From contig JANMLN010000108.1 of NCBI GenBank assembly GCA_031372565.1, forward strand, positions 1 through 36,399: 36,399 nt of DNA, given 5' to 3'. The translations under genes and the position numbers were made by a program. Below the pieces are notes generated by a model. It saw only the letters and a list, made by a program, of their open reading frames with translations. It did not search any database and had not been told where the DNA came from. This document shows, piece after piece, positions 19,480 to 28,782 of the stretch (position 1 is the first letter of the stretch; every line of letters starts with the position of its first letter). The DNA comes from Gemmatimonadota bacterium (lineage in GTDB: Bacteria > Gemmatimonadota > Gemmatimonadetes > Gemmatimonadales > Gemmatimonadaceae).

Positions 19480-21171
19480 ATGGTGCGCGTGCTGTGTGCC
19501 GCGCTCGCGCTCGCGGCATCCGTCGCCACGCACGGGGCGGCGCAAGACGCGAACGCGTCGCTGATGCGCGCGCTGGACCTCGAGCAGGCGGGCAAGATGA
19601 ACGAGGCGGTGTCCGCGTATCGCGAGGCCGCCGCCGGGCCGACGCTGCAGGCTGCCGTGCTCGGACTCGAACGGTTGTACCTGCAACTCGGTCGCACCGA
19701 TTCGCTGACGGCGCTGCTCGATCGCGTCCTGCGCGACCGACCGGCCGATCCGTCGGTGCGTGGAGCGCAGCTGCGCACGCTGCTCTTTCTCGGCAAGCGC
19801 GAGGAAACGGCGCAGCAGTTCGAGCGATGGCTCGCGGCGGCTCCCGGCGATCCGCAGCCGTGGCGCGAGTACGCGCGGCAGCTGCTCGACGCCGGTCGCA
19901 ACACCGCGGCCGACTCCGTGTTGAATCGCGCGCAGCGCGTGCTCGGTGGCGGACGTGAAGTCGCGGCGGAGCTGGCGCAACTGCGGGCCGTGCTCGGCTT
20001 GTGGGGGCCCGCGGCGGAGTCCTGGCGCGTGGCGCTCAAGGATGCGCCGTGGTTGCTGCAAGCGGCGGTGTTTGCGCTGCAGCCGGCCCCCGGGCCCGAT
20101 CGTTCGACGGTGCAGCGTGAGCTGCGGCGGCTCCCGGTCGAGCCGAGCGCACGACGGACCGCCGCCCTGCTGTCGCTCGCGTGGGGGCAGTCGCGTGAGG
20201 CGTGGTATGCGCTGCGCGACCTTCCGCCCACCGATTCGACGGTCGCCGCCTGGCTCGACTTCGCCGATCAAGCCGAGGGGATGGGACAGGTGGAAGTGGC
20301 GCGCGAAGCGATGGTCTTTGCCTTGGGTGCCAAACCCTCGAGCGCCGTGGCATTGCGTGCGGCCAACGCGAGCCTGATGGTCGGCGACGCCAAGATGGCG
20401 CTCGATCTGGCGGCGGTGGCCGAGCGCGGCCTCGACTCGCTGCAGGTTGCACAGCGCGTGCTGCCGGTGCGCGCGCGTGCCTTTGCCGCGTTGGGCCGCC
20501 CGCAAGCGGCGGAGTCGCTCGTGACCGCGTATGCCACGAAGATCGACCCCCCGTTGGCGCGGCGGCTGTCGGGCGCGATTGCGCGCGGGTGGGTGAAGGT
20601 CGGTGATCTCGACCGCGCCAAGGCGGCGCTTGACCGGGCCGGCACCGATGGCGACGACGATCAGGTGGCGGGATGGGTCGCGCTGTATCGCGGCGATCTC
20701 ACGACGGCGCGTCGCGAGCTGTCGCACGCGCGCGAGGGGGGCGGCGACGCGGTGAGCGCCTTGGCGTTGCTCTCGCGCACGCGGGCGCCGAGCGCACCGC
20801 GTACGGGCCGCGCCTTCCTGGCGCTGGCCCGCGCCGACACGGTGAACGCCGCACGCAGCTTCGCCGAGGCGTCGACCGAGCTTCCCGAGGCAACGCCGCT
20901 GCTCCTCTCGCTCGCGGCGCGGTTGCATGCCGCCCGCAAGGACGACGCACAGGCGGTCCCGCTCTGGTCGCGCGTCGTGACCGATTTTGCCGCGTCGCCC
21001 GAGGCGCCCGAAGCCGATCTCGAGTGGGCGCGCGCACTGTCGCGCAGCGGCCAAGGCCCGGCCGCCATCGATCGGCTGGAGCACCTGATTCTCACCTGGT
21101 CATCGAGCGCGCTGGTGCCACAGGCACGACGCGAACTCGAGGCGCTCAAGCGGCGCGGGAGCATGGAGTGA
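19480..21171 (+). CDS. Exported TPR/alpha-solenoid protein
   Basis: Signal peptide MVRVLCAALALAASVATHGAAQ; TPR-like helices ending with LEHLILTWSSSALVPQARREL. Confidence 0.8.
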   Translation: MVRVLCAALALAASVATHGAAQDANASLMRALDLEQAGKMNEAVSAYREAAAGPTLQAAVLGLERLYLQLGRTDSLTALLDRVLRDRPADPSVRGAQLRTLLFLGKREETAQQFERWLAAAPGDPQPWREYARQLLDAGRNTAADSVLNRAQRVLGGGREVAAELAQLRAVLGLWGPAAESWRVALKDAPWLLQAAVFALQPAPGPDRSTVQRELRRLPVEPSARRTAALLSLAWGQSREAWYALRDLPPTDSTVAAWLDFADQAEGMGQVEVAREAMVFALGAKPSSAVALRAANASLMVGDAKMALDLAAVAERGLDSLQVAQRVLPVRARAFAALGRPQAAESLVTAYATKIDPPLARRLSGAIARGWVKVGDLDRAKAALDRAGTDGDDDQVAGWVALYRGDLTTARRELSHAREGGGDAVSALALLSRTRAPSAPRTGRAFLALARADTVNAARSFAEASTELPEATPLLLSLAARLHAARKDDAQAVPLWSRVVTDFAASPEAPEADLEWARALSRSGQGPAAIDRLEHLILTWSSSALVPQARRELEALKRRGSME

Positions 21172-22463
21172 ACGAACTCGTCCTGCGCGTGGGCGCGCGC
21201 GCCCTGCGCACCGTATGCGCCGCGATCATCCTGTCGATGGCCGCGCTCCGGCCGGCCGCGGCGCAGTTCCTGCTCGTGCCGATGGATGACGCTCAGCGCA
21301 ATCACCTCAAGGCGTACGGTCTCGTCTTTGCGGTACTCAAGGCCGAGCGGAAGAGCGAGTGGTTCCTCAACTATCGGGGCGGAGCGTTCCTGGTTCCCGA
21401 CAACGCCGAGTTCCGCAAGAAGGCAACGCTCGACGGTGTGAGCGTCGAGCCGGTCAACGATGGCACGGTCGCGGGCATTCGCGCCGAGATGTCGGGCGGC
21501 AACATGGAGAGCGTGGTGCTGGAGCGCGCGCCGCGCATCGCGATCTACACGCCGCCCAACACGCCACCGTGGGATGACGCCGTGACGCTGGCGCTCGAAT
21601 ACGCGGGCATCGAGTTCACGAAGGTGTGGGATGATGACGTGATGGGAGAGGGGCTGGCCAAGATCGACTGGCTGCACCTGTTCCACGAAGATTTCACCGG
21701 ACAGCTCAACAAGCTGCACATCGCCTACCGCGACCAGCCCTGGTTCCAGACACAGCGCGCGCAGGCGATGGCCACCGCGCGCAAGAACGGCTTCGCCAAC
21801 GTGCCGGCACTCAAGAAGGCGGTCGCCGACAGGATCCGCGGCTTCGTGGACAAGGGCGGGTTTCTGTTTGCCATGTGCGGCGCCACCGAGACGCTGGACC
21901 TGGCGCTGGCAGCGCAGCGCGTGGACATCGCGGGGCCGTTTGCCGACGACACACCGGTGGACGAGCGCGCCGACGAGAAGCTCGACTGGTCACGCAGCCT
22001 GGCGTTCCACAATGCCCACGTCGAGAAGAATCCGTTCGTGAACAGCATGAGCGACATCGATGGCCATCAGGTGAACGTGCCCGGACGCCGCCAGCCACTC
22101 GGCGCGTTCACCCTGTTTGCCTTCTCGGCCAAGTTCGATCCGGTGGCGGCGATGCTCACGCAGGACCATCGCAGCGTGATTCCCGACTACTACGGCGTGA
22201 CCACCAGCTTCACGAAGGCAACGCTCAAGACCGGGGTGACCGTGCTCGCCTTCGAGGAGGGGGCGCCGTGGGTGAAGTACGCCCACGGGGACTACGGCAA
22301 GGGATCGTGGACCTTCCTTGGCGGACACGATCCGGAAGACCCGCAGCACTCGATCAATGCGCCGCCCACCGACCTGTCGCTGCATCCCAACTCGCCGGGG
22401 TACCGGCTGATCCTCAACAACGTGCTCTTCCCGGCGGCCAAGAAGAAGCCGCTCAAGACGTAG
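21168..22463 (+). CDS. Exported class-I glutamine-amidotransferase-like protein (family often labelled 'asparagine synthetase B')
   Basis: LLVPMD..QRNHLKAYG, WFLNYRGG, PWDDAVTLALEYA, GGFLFAMC, GGHDPED, SPGYRLILNNVLFPAA; GTG overlaps the upstream stop. Confidence 0.8.
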   Translation: MNELVLRVGARALRTVCAAIILSMAALRPAAAQFLLVPMDDAQRNHLKAYGLVFAVLKAERKSEWFLNYRGGAFLVPDNAEFRKKATLDGVSVEPVNDGTVAGIRAEMSGGNMESVVLERAPRIAIYTPPNTPPWDDAVTLALEYAGIEFTKVWDDDVMGEGLAKIDWLHLFHEDFTGQLNKLHIAYRDQPWFQTQRAQAMATARKNGFANVPALKKAVADRIRGFVDKGGFLFAMCGATETLDLALAAQRVDIAGPFADDTPVDERADEKLDWSRSLAFHNAHVEKNPFVNSMSDIDGHQVNVPGRRQPLGAFTLFAFSAKFDPVAAMLTQDHRSVIPDYYGVTTSFTKATLKTGVTVLAFEEGAPWVKYAHGDYGKGSWTFLGGHDPEDPQHSINAPPTDLSLHPNSPGYRLILNNVLFPAAKKKPLKT

Positions 22464-22473
22464 TGACGCCCTC

Positions 22474-25017
22474 GTGCGGCTGACGCCTGCCGCCCGCGAG
22501 GCGATTCGCGCGAACGTCTTCCTGGCGGGCGGACGCGAAGTGTGCTTCGTCGGTACGCTCGACGCGGACGGCGACGTGGCGGCCGTGCGCGTGGCCGCGC
22601 GTGGCGATGTCTCCAGCGTGCTCGCGCTGCCCGGATTCGCTCGGCGGGGCGAGTTGCTCATTCACAACCATCCGTCCGGTGTGCTCGATCCGAGCGATGC
22701 CGACCTGATGGTGGCCGCGCCGATGCACGACAACGGCATCGGCTTCGCGATCGTGAACAATGCGGGCACCGAGCTGTACGTCGTCGTCGAGGTGCCGGTG
22801 GCCGCGGCGGTCGTGCCGCTCGACCTCGCGCTGATCGACGACGACCTCGGTCCCGGTGGCGCCGTGGCGCGCCGGCATCACGATTTCGAGGACCGCGCGT
22901 CGCAGCGCGACATGGCACGCGCGGTCGCGGGGCTCTACAACGACGGTGGCGTGGGGCTGATCGAAGCGGGGACCGGCGTCGGCAAGTCGCTGGGCTACCT
23001 GATCCCGGCGCTCCGGTGGAGCGCCCAGAACGGCGAGCGCACGATCGTGAGCACCAACACGATCAACCTGCAGGAGCAGTTGGTGGCCAAGGACCTGCCG
23101 TTCCTCGCGCGCGCACTCACCGACCAGCCCGTGCGGTTCGTGATGCTCAAGGGATGGAGCAACTACGTGTGCCTTGCGCGGCTGGAGCAGGCCGATGCCG
23201 CGGGGACCACGCTCCTCGAGGACGCGCAGACGGAGGAGGTGCGACGGCTGGTGGAGTGGGCGGCGCGGACCGGCGACGGCTCGCGCGCTGATCTCGCCAC
23301 GCCGCCACGCCCCGAGGTATGGGACGAGGTCGCGGCCGAACCGGACCTGTGCCCGCGCATGAAGTGCCGACACTTCGATGCCTGTTTCCTGTTCAAGGCG
23401 CGACGCGCCGCCGCCAATGCGGACGTCATCGTGGTGAATCACGCGCTGCTCATGGCCGATCTCGCGGTGCGGCGCTCGTCGCAGAACTGGACCGATGCCG
23501 CGGTGCTGCCTGCCTTCAACCGGCTCATCGTGGACGAGGGGCATCATCTCGAGGACGCCGCACTCGAACGGTTGGGCTCGAGCGTGAGTCGCCGGAGCGT
23601 GGACCGGCTCTTCAACCGGTTGGAACGCAAGAACCGCGGCCTGCTGCCCACGCTGTACGGCAAGCACGAGGAACTGCTCAAGGCATCGAAGCAGGGCGAT
23701 GCGCTGCTGGAAGCGAGCCAGGTGCTGATCACGCGCCAGCTGCTGCCCGACGTGCAGCGCGGCCGCGACAAGGCCGGGCTCCTCTTCGACATCCTCGCGA
23801 CGCTCGTGACCGACGGCGGAGCGCCGCAGCTGCGCCTGACCGATGCGTTTGCCGATGCACCGGTGTGGGCGGCCGGCCTCGAAGTCGCCGTCGCCGACGT
23901 ACTCACGCTGCTGGCCTCGCTCGCCAGCGGGCTTGACGAGCTCAAGCGGCGCTTGAGCGCCGACACGAAGCGCGAAGAGCAGTTGGCCCCGCTGCTCGGC
24001 GAGGTGCGCGCCACGGTGCGACGGCTCGAGGGATCGGGCGACGCGCTGCGCCGCGCGCTCAAGCCGGAGCAGGGCGAGGGGGCGCAGGTGCGCTGGCTCG
24101 AGTTCCGTGGGCGGCCGAGCGAGAGCAATGTCGTGGCGAGTGCGGTACCGCTCGATCTCGAGCAACTGCTGCGCGATGACCTGTTCGGCCGACTGACCAC
24201 CACCGTGATCACGAGTGCGACGCTGACGGCGGGAAACAAGTTCGAGTTCACGCGCGGCCGGTTGGGGCTTGCGGCGCTCGATCCGGCGCCCGTGGAGCAT
24301 CAGCTCGCGTCGCCGTTCGACTACGCGCGGCAGGCCGTGCTGGCCATTCCCACGGACCTGCCGGCGCCGAACAAGGATGCCTCGGGCCATCGCCATCGAT
24401 TGGTGACGATCCTCCTCGACCTGATCGCGGCGAGCGATGGCGGCTGCTTTGCGCTCTTCACGAGCCACCGCGAACTGCGCGAAGTAGCCGCACGACTGCG
24501 CGACGAGGGGGTCGAGCGTCGCTGGCCGCTGCTCGTGCACGGCGAAGGATCGCGCCACCAGCTGCTCGATCGCTTTCGCGAGAGTGGCGATGCCGTGTTG
24601 CTCGGCACCTCGAGCTTCTGGGAAGGGGTCGACGTGCCGGGACGCGCACTGCGCGCACTGCTCATCGCCAAGTTTCCGTTCCGTGTGCCCACCGAGCCGA
24701 TCACGGCGGCGCAATGCGAACGGTTGGAGGCGCGCGGCGAGGATCCGTTCCGCAGCTACATGCTCCCGCACGCGGCGCTCTCGCTCGCGCAGGGATTCGG
24801 GCGCCTCATCCGATCGCAGACCGATCGCGGCGTCGTGGTGCTCGCCGACCCGCGCGCGGCATCGACCGTGTACGGGCGGGCGCTGGTGCAGGGATTGCCA
24901 CCGGCGCGCCGAGTCGTGGGGGCGTGGGCCGATGTGCGGGAGGAGCTGGCGTCGCACCTCGCGTTGCCGTCCGGTCGCGCGGCCCTCGTGCGCGCCGGCG
25001 AAGCGATCGGTCGCTAG
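22474..25017 (+). CDS. DinG/YoaA-family Fe-S helicase with N-terminal JAB/RadC-like domain
   Basis: EAGTGVGKS, LQEQL, four Fe-S Cys (NYVC..LCPRMKC...AC), DEGH, FWEGVD, QGFGRLIR; N-terminal REV...HNHPSG..DPSDAD. Confidence 0.92.
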   Translation: MRLTPAAREAIRANVFLAGGREVCFVGTLDADGDVAAVRVAARGDVSSVLALPGFARRGELLIHNHPSGVLDPSDADLMVAAPMHDNGIGFAIVNNAGTELYVVVEVPVAAAVVPLDLALIDDDLGPGGAVARRHHDFEDRASQRDMARAVAGLYNDGGVGLIEAGTGVGKSLGYLIPALRWSAQNGERTIVSTNTINLQEQLVAKDLPFLARALTDQPVRFVMLKGWSNYVCLARLEQADAAGTTLLEDAQTEEVRRLVEWAARTGDGSRADLATPPRPEVWDEVAAEPDLCPRMKCRHFDACFLFKARRAAANADVIVVNHALLMADLAVRRSSQNWTDAAVLPAFNRLIVDEGHHLEDAALERLGSSVSRRSVDRLFNRLERKNRGLLPTLYGKHEELLKASKQGDALLEASQVLITRQLLPDVQRGRDKAGLLFDILATLVTDGGAPQLRLTDAFADAPVWAAGLEVAVADVLTLLASLASGLDELKRRLSADTKREEQLAPLLGEVRATVRRLEGSGDALRRALKPEQGEGAQVRWLEFRGRPSESNVVASAVPLDLEQLLRDDLFGRLTTTVITSATLTAGNKFEFTRGRLGLAALDPAPVEHQLASPFDYARQAVLAIPTDLPAPNKDASGHRHRLVTILLDLIAASDGGCFALFTSHRELREVAARLRDEGVERRWPLLVHGEGSRHQLLDRFRESGDAVLLGTSSFWEGVDVPGRALRALLIAKFPFRVPTEPITAAQCERLEARGEDPFRSYMLPHAALSLAQGFGRLIRSQTDRGVVVLADPRAASTVYGRALVQGLPPARRVVGAWADVREELASHLALPSGRAALVRAGEAIGR

Positions 25018-26006
25018 CGCTCGCCGGAGGGCGGCACGTCGGAGGCCGTCGACTCGATCCGGAAGCTTGCCGTCGCGATCGCGCGACTCCCCACCGGAAT
25101 GCTCGCCAGCCACCGGTTGAGCGCGTGCAGGTTGCCCCACACCGTCTCGGCGTCGCGCGCCGACGCAGCGGACTTCGTGCCGTCAAAGGTGATCGGCTTC
25201 GACGTCGCGACCGCGAGGAAGTAGTCCACTTCGCGCGTCCGGCCCGGGGGGAGCTCCGGCTCGAGTTTGAGCGTCTTCTGCAGGCGCGCGGGGGGCACCA
25301 TGCGCGCGACGCCCGCCATGAGCCGCGCGTCGGGATCGTGCTCGTTCGGCCACACGAGCTGCACGCTGTCCTGCGTGACCCAGAAGAGCGAGAGATACGC
25401 GTTCTTGGTGCTCGTGATCGTCGCGATGACGGCGTCGGCGGAACCATCGGCGCGCACCAGGTACGAGGGCCGGTCCGTGGTGACGGTCAACTTGAAGGTG
25501 TAATCGGGCTCACCCTGCTCGCAGACGACGACGGCTGACAGCGACGCCGCGAGGAAGTTCACGCGACCCTCGGGTTCGACCTTGTAGACGATGTCCTTGG
25601 TATCGACGACGCGACCGCGCGCCGTACCGGACACGATCGACACATAGCTGTCCGTCAAGGTGCCCTTGCCGGCTTCGGACGCCACCCGTTGTTGTGATGC
25701 ATCGATGCGGGTGCCGACGACCGTGCGAACGGCCTCGGCCATCGCCTGCCGCATCGCCTCGGCCCGCGCCTCGGCCATGGTCAGGCGATCGTCGAGGAGG
25801 ATGCGTGCGGTCGCGGGCACGGTCACGGGGCCCTTGGCACACTGCGCCGAGGGCGCCGTCGCTGCTGCCGTGGGAGCGCGTTGTGCGGTGAGCGCGTGCG
25901 GGCTCGACGCGAGCGCGACGCTGACCCACGCAACAACGCCCCGCACGCGCGCGATCGCACGTGCGGGGCTTGAAACGAGGCGGACCACGGTCGATCCGCT
26001 TGGCAT
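25014..26006 (-). CDS. Exported protein with LPP20/FlgT-N-like domain and DUF4384 domain
   Basis: EARAEAMRQAMAEAVRTVVGTRI (FlgT-N/LPP20-like); TDRPSY...AYLSLF..DSVQLVWPN (DUF4384-like); signal-like segment ending ALTAQ. Exact start uncertain. Confidence 0.72.
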   Translation of the reverse strand: MPSGSTVVRLVSSPARAIARVRGVVAWVSVALASSPHALTAQRAPTAAATAPSAQCAKGPVTVPATARILLDDRLTMAEARAEAMRQAMAEAVRTVVGTRIDASQQRVASEAGKGTLTDSYVSIVSGTARGRVVDTKDIVYKVEPEGRVNFLAASLSAVVVCEQGEPDYTFKLTVTTDRPSYLVRADGSADAVIATITSTKNAYLSLFWVTQDSVQLVWPNEHDPDARLMAGVARMVPPARLQKTLKLEPELPPGRTREVDYFLAVATSKPITFDGTKSAASARDAETVWGNLHALNRWLASIPVGSRAIATASFRIESTASDVPPSGER

Positions 26007-26014
26007 GCCGTGAC

Positions 26015-26542
26015 TCAGAAGCCGATCGAGAGGCCGGCGCGGACCTGCGTGTTCCAGCCGCCATTGTCGCCGTTCAGCTTGTAGCCTTGGGCGCCGATGT
26101 CGAGCGCCAAGCCACTGGTCAGACCGATCAGGATACCCGTGCCGCCGCCGTACGAGATCTCATTCAATTCGGACGACCCGAACCCGGTGGCGGAGATCTT
26201 CGCCGTCGCACGACCGACCCGGCCCGCGACGTACCAACCCACCGTCTCGGTGCCCGCGAGGACGATGCGCGGCTCGATGAAGATGTCGCTGTACTTCAGG
26301 CTGAGCAGCGGATCCTCAGGGAAGAAAATCTGCATGTAGCCGAGACCAACCGAGACCCGTCCGAAGGAGAATCGTACCTGACCCTCGGCACCGGGCCGCC
26401 ACTCGGTGTCACCGTCCAACTTGAAATACAACCCCGATGCCTGAATCGACACGGTACTGCTCGACTGCGCGACTGCCGCGCTCGGCGCGGCGACCACGAG
26501 GGCCGGAAGCACGAGCGTACGAAGGAGACGACGAAGCGACAT
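26015..26542 (-). CDS. Small outer-membrane beta-barrel protein
   Basis: Signal peptide ending AVAQ; alternating amphipathic strands; C-terminal beta-signal RAGLSIGF. Confidence 0.82.
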   Translation of the reverse strand: MSLRRLLRTLVLPALVVAAPSAAVAQSSSTVSIQASGLYFKLDGDTEWRPGAEGQVRFSFGRVSVGLGYMQIFFPEDPLLSLKYSDIFIEPRIVLAGTETVGWYVAGRVGRATAKISATGFGSSELNEISYGGGTGILIGLTSGLALDIGAQGYKLNGDNGGWNTQVRAGLSIGF

Positions 26543-26577
26543 GATGGAATGACCTCTGGTGAGAAGTGAGACAAGCG

Positions 26578-28080
26578 CTACGGGAGGTTCAGCACGTCGA
26601 CGAGCACCGCCGAACCCGTGGCACCGCGTTCGGTGATCAGCGAAATGTCGCGCGCAATGAGATTACCGAATGGCCCCTTCCACTCGAAGGCCACGACGGC
26701 GCGCGCCGCACCCGGGAAGGTGGCCGGCTCCGCCAGCACGATCTTCGCGTTCGGCTTGTACTTGCGCAAGAAGTCGAACGTCTTGTTGCGCGTCGAGGTG
26801 GACGCGCTCTCCTTGAACCGCGCCACGAATTCGTCATACTTGCGCGCGGTGAGGAGGTTCGTCAGCTCCTGCGCGAGCGACATGGCCAGATCGAAGGTCA
26901 CCGCCGTGGTCGGCGTGCTCGGTGCGCTCACCGGTGGTGTCACCGCAGTGACGACCGGTGCTGCTGCGGCTGGGGCGGTCTTGACCGCCGCTGCGCCGGT
27001 CGATCCTGCCGCACCGGTCGCGGCAGCAGTGACGGCCCCGGCCGCACCAAGCACGGCGCCCGCTGTGCGACTCCCCGCTTCATTGCCAACGGGCACGGCC
27101 TTGTCAGCGGTCTTGCGCACCATCGTGATCGGCTTGGGTTCAGGCGCGGCCCCCCTGGCTGGCATGTCCACGAACTTGCCGACGGCAAACAACCCGAACA
27201 CCCGCGATGAGTCTCGGGTCTGCAACTGCGTGTCCTGGTCGAGATTGCGCGCGCGACCGGCGTAGAAGCGCACGTTCTCGCTCACCACATCGTGCAGGGT
27301 GCCGAGTGTCACCTTGTCGGGCTGCTTGGCCGCGAGTTCCTGGATGCCCTTGAGCAGGAAGTAGGTGAAGGCACCGTGCTGCTTCTCCTGGTGCCAGACC
27401 GCCATCTGGTTGTTCGATGCGGCGAGCAGCGCCGCCGTTCCCGTGGCCGCGACCACCGGATTCGTCACGCGGAGTCGTCCGCCCGATGTTCCCGTGTACA
27501 GACTGCCGCCCTCGGAGAGCCCGGAGAAGCAGGCGTCCATCATGACCGTGACCGAGCGGGCACCGAGCAGCGAGAGATTCTTGTAGAGCACGTCGACCGC
27601 GAAGCCGGAGTTCGCCATGTCCGACGGGTCCCCGTCCACAGGGACGAGATAGGCATTCGACGTGCGCAGATCGGGCGCGCCGTGTCCGCTGTAGAAGACG
27701 AACACATCCGACTTGCCCGGGCGCAGCATCCGCTTGAGCTTCGCATTCGGGCTCTCGGCCGACCCGAAATAGCTGCGCATCTGCCCCTGCGTCGCATTCT
27801 CCAGGTAGACGATGTTGGTGGAGTCGAGTCCCATCGCGCTGATCAGGTACGCGCGCACGGCCCACGCATCGCGCTCGGCGAAGTCGACGGCGGGCAGCGT
27901 CTTCTGCAGGTAGTTGCGGTTGCCGATCACGATCGCGACCGCGTCCGGATTGGCGGTGCGGGCGACCGGCACTCGCGTCAGGAGCTCGTCGCGGACCTGT
28001 GCGGTCAGCGTGAACGGCGCGAGCGCCAGTGCGGCCATGCCGAGCGCGAGCGCCCGGGCGCGTGTCGGCATGGTGTCCAT
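26578..28080 (-). CDS. Exported caspase-family (peptidase C14) protease with Ala/Thr linker and C-terminal domain
   Basis: AIVIGNRNY, FYSGHG (His), MDACFSG (Cys), HGAFTYFLLKG; signal peptide ending LTAQ. Start at ATG 28080 (GAGGA RBS); alternative GTG 28119. Confidence 0.9.
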   Translation of the reverse strand: MDTMPTRARALALGMAALALAPFTLTAQVRDELLTRVPVARTANPDAVAIVIGNRNYLQKTLPAVDFAERDAWAVRAYLISAMGLDSTNIVYLENATQGQMRSYFGSAESPNAKLKRMLRPGKSDVFVFYSGHGAPDLRTSNAYLVPVDGDPSDMANSGFAVDVLYKNLSLLGARSVTVMMDACFSGLSEGGSLYTGTSGGRLRVTNPVVAATGTAALLAASNNQMAVWHQEKQHGAFTYFLLKGIQELAAKQPDKVTLGTLHDVVSENVRFYAGRARNLDQDTQLQTRDSSRVFGLFAVGKFVDMPARGAAPEPKPITMVRKTADKAVPVGNEAGSRTAGAVLGAAGAVTAAATGAAGSTGAAAVKTAPAAAAPVVTAVTPPVSAPSTPTTAVTFDLAMSLAQELTNLLTARKYDEFVARFKESASTSTRNKTFDFLRKYKPNAKIVLAEPATFPGAARAVVAFEWKGPFGNLIARDISLITERGATGSAVLVDVLNLP

Positions 28081-28115
28081 GGCGGTCCTCGCTGCAGTGT
28101 GCGCGGCGCGGTGGA

Positions 28116-28721
28116 TCACGGCGCCCCTCCCGTGAGCTTCGCGACCTCGGCTTCAAGGTCCTTGAAGGACTTCGACGTCCGCGCCTGCGTGAGCAGCACC
28201 TTGTTCGCCTTCACTTCCTCGACGAGTTCCTTCTTCGTCGAGGCCATGGGCAACTCCATCAGGACGTACACGCGGTAGCCGTCTTCTTCGGCGTACCACT
28301 GCTGCTCGCGCAACCGCGAGCCCACGAGCACCTGCGACACCACGCTCTTGGTCGTCTGCTCGAACTGGCTCACGGCTTTCGCCTTGGCACCCGTCTCCTT
28401 CATCTCGCCGGCGAAGCGCTTGGTCATCCCCTCGAGACGCGTGTTCATCTCCTCGCCCAACGTGAGCCGGCCCTGCAGGCGCGCCTTGTCGAGCGCCATC
28501 TGCAGGTCGGACGCCGTTGCCGTCGCGGTCACGAGCACGAACGCCGTGTCCCGCGGCGGTGAGAAGAACCAATCGGGCGCGGCGTTCAGCGTCCCCTCAC
28601 GCTTGGCCTGCTTGGTCTGCTTGCCCGATGCGGCGGTGCTATCGGTGCCTTGGGCGCCGCCGACGACGAGCGGTGCGAGAACGAGGGCAAGCAACAGGGA
28701 GGCGGTGCGGGCGAGCGGCAT
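28116..28721 (-). CDS. LPP20-like exported protein
   Basis: APDWF, S.DLQMALDKARLQGR..L, YRVYVLMELP; signal peptide without a lipobox Cys. Confidence 0.7.
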   Translation of the reverse strand: MPLARTASLLLALVLAPLVVGGAQGTDSTAASGKQTKQAKREGTLNAAPDWFFSPPRDTAFVLVTATATASDLQMALDKARLQGRLTLGEEMNTRLEGMTKRFAGEMKETGAKAKAVSQFEQTTKSVVSQVLVGSRLREQQWYAEEDGYRVYVLMELPMASTKKELVEEVKANKVLLTQARTSKSFKDLEAEVAKLTGGAP

Positions 28722-28782
28722 GGTGGTGGCTCCGGCGTGACGGGCGAGACGAACGACCAGGTGATTCTAGCGAGCGGTGCGA

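Noticed and set aside
16194..20231. 1345-aa minus-strand ORF
   Set aside because: Antisense shadow of the DUF4175-like and TPR genes; Arg/Leu-rich, no motifs; long shadows are expected at high GC.
20673..21167. Apparent N-terminal extension of the GATase-like ORF
   Set aside because: Overlaps the TPR gene in another frame; GTG 21168 with an upstream GGAG is the better start.
22453..25140. 895-aa minus-strand ORF
   Set aside because: Antisense to the motif-complete DinG gene.
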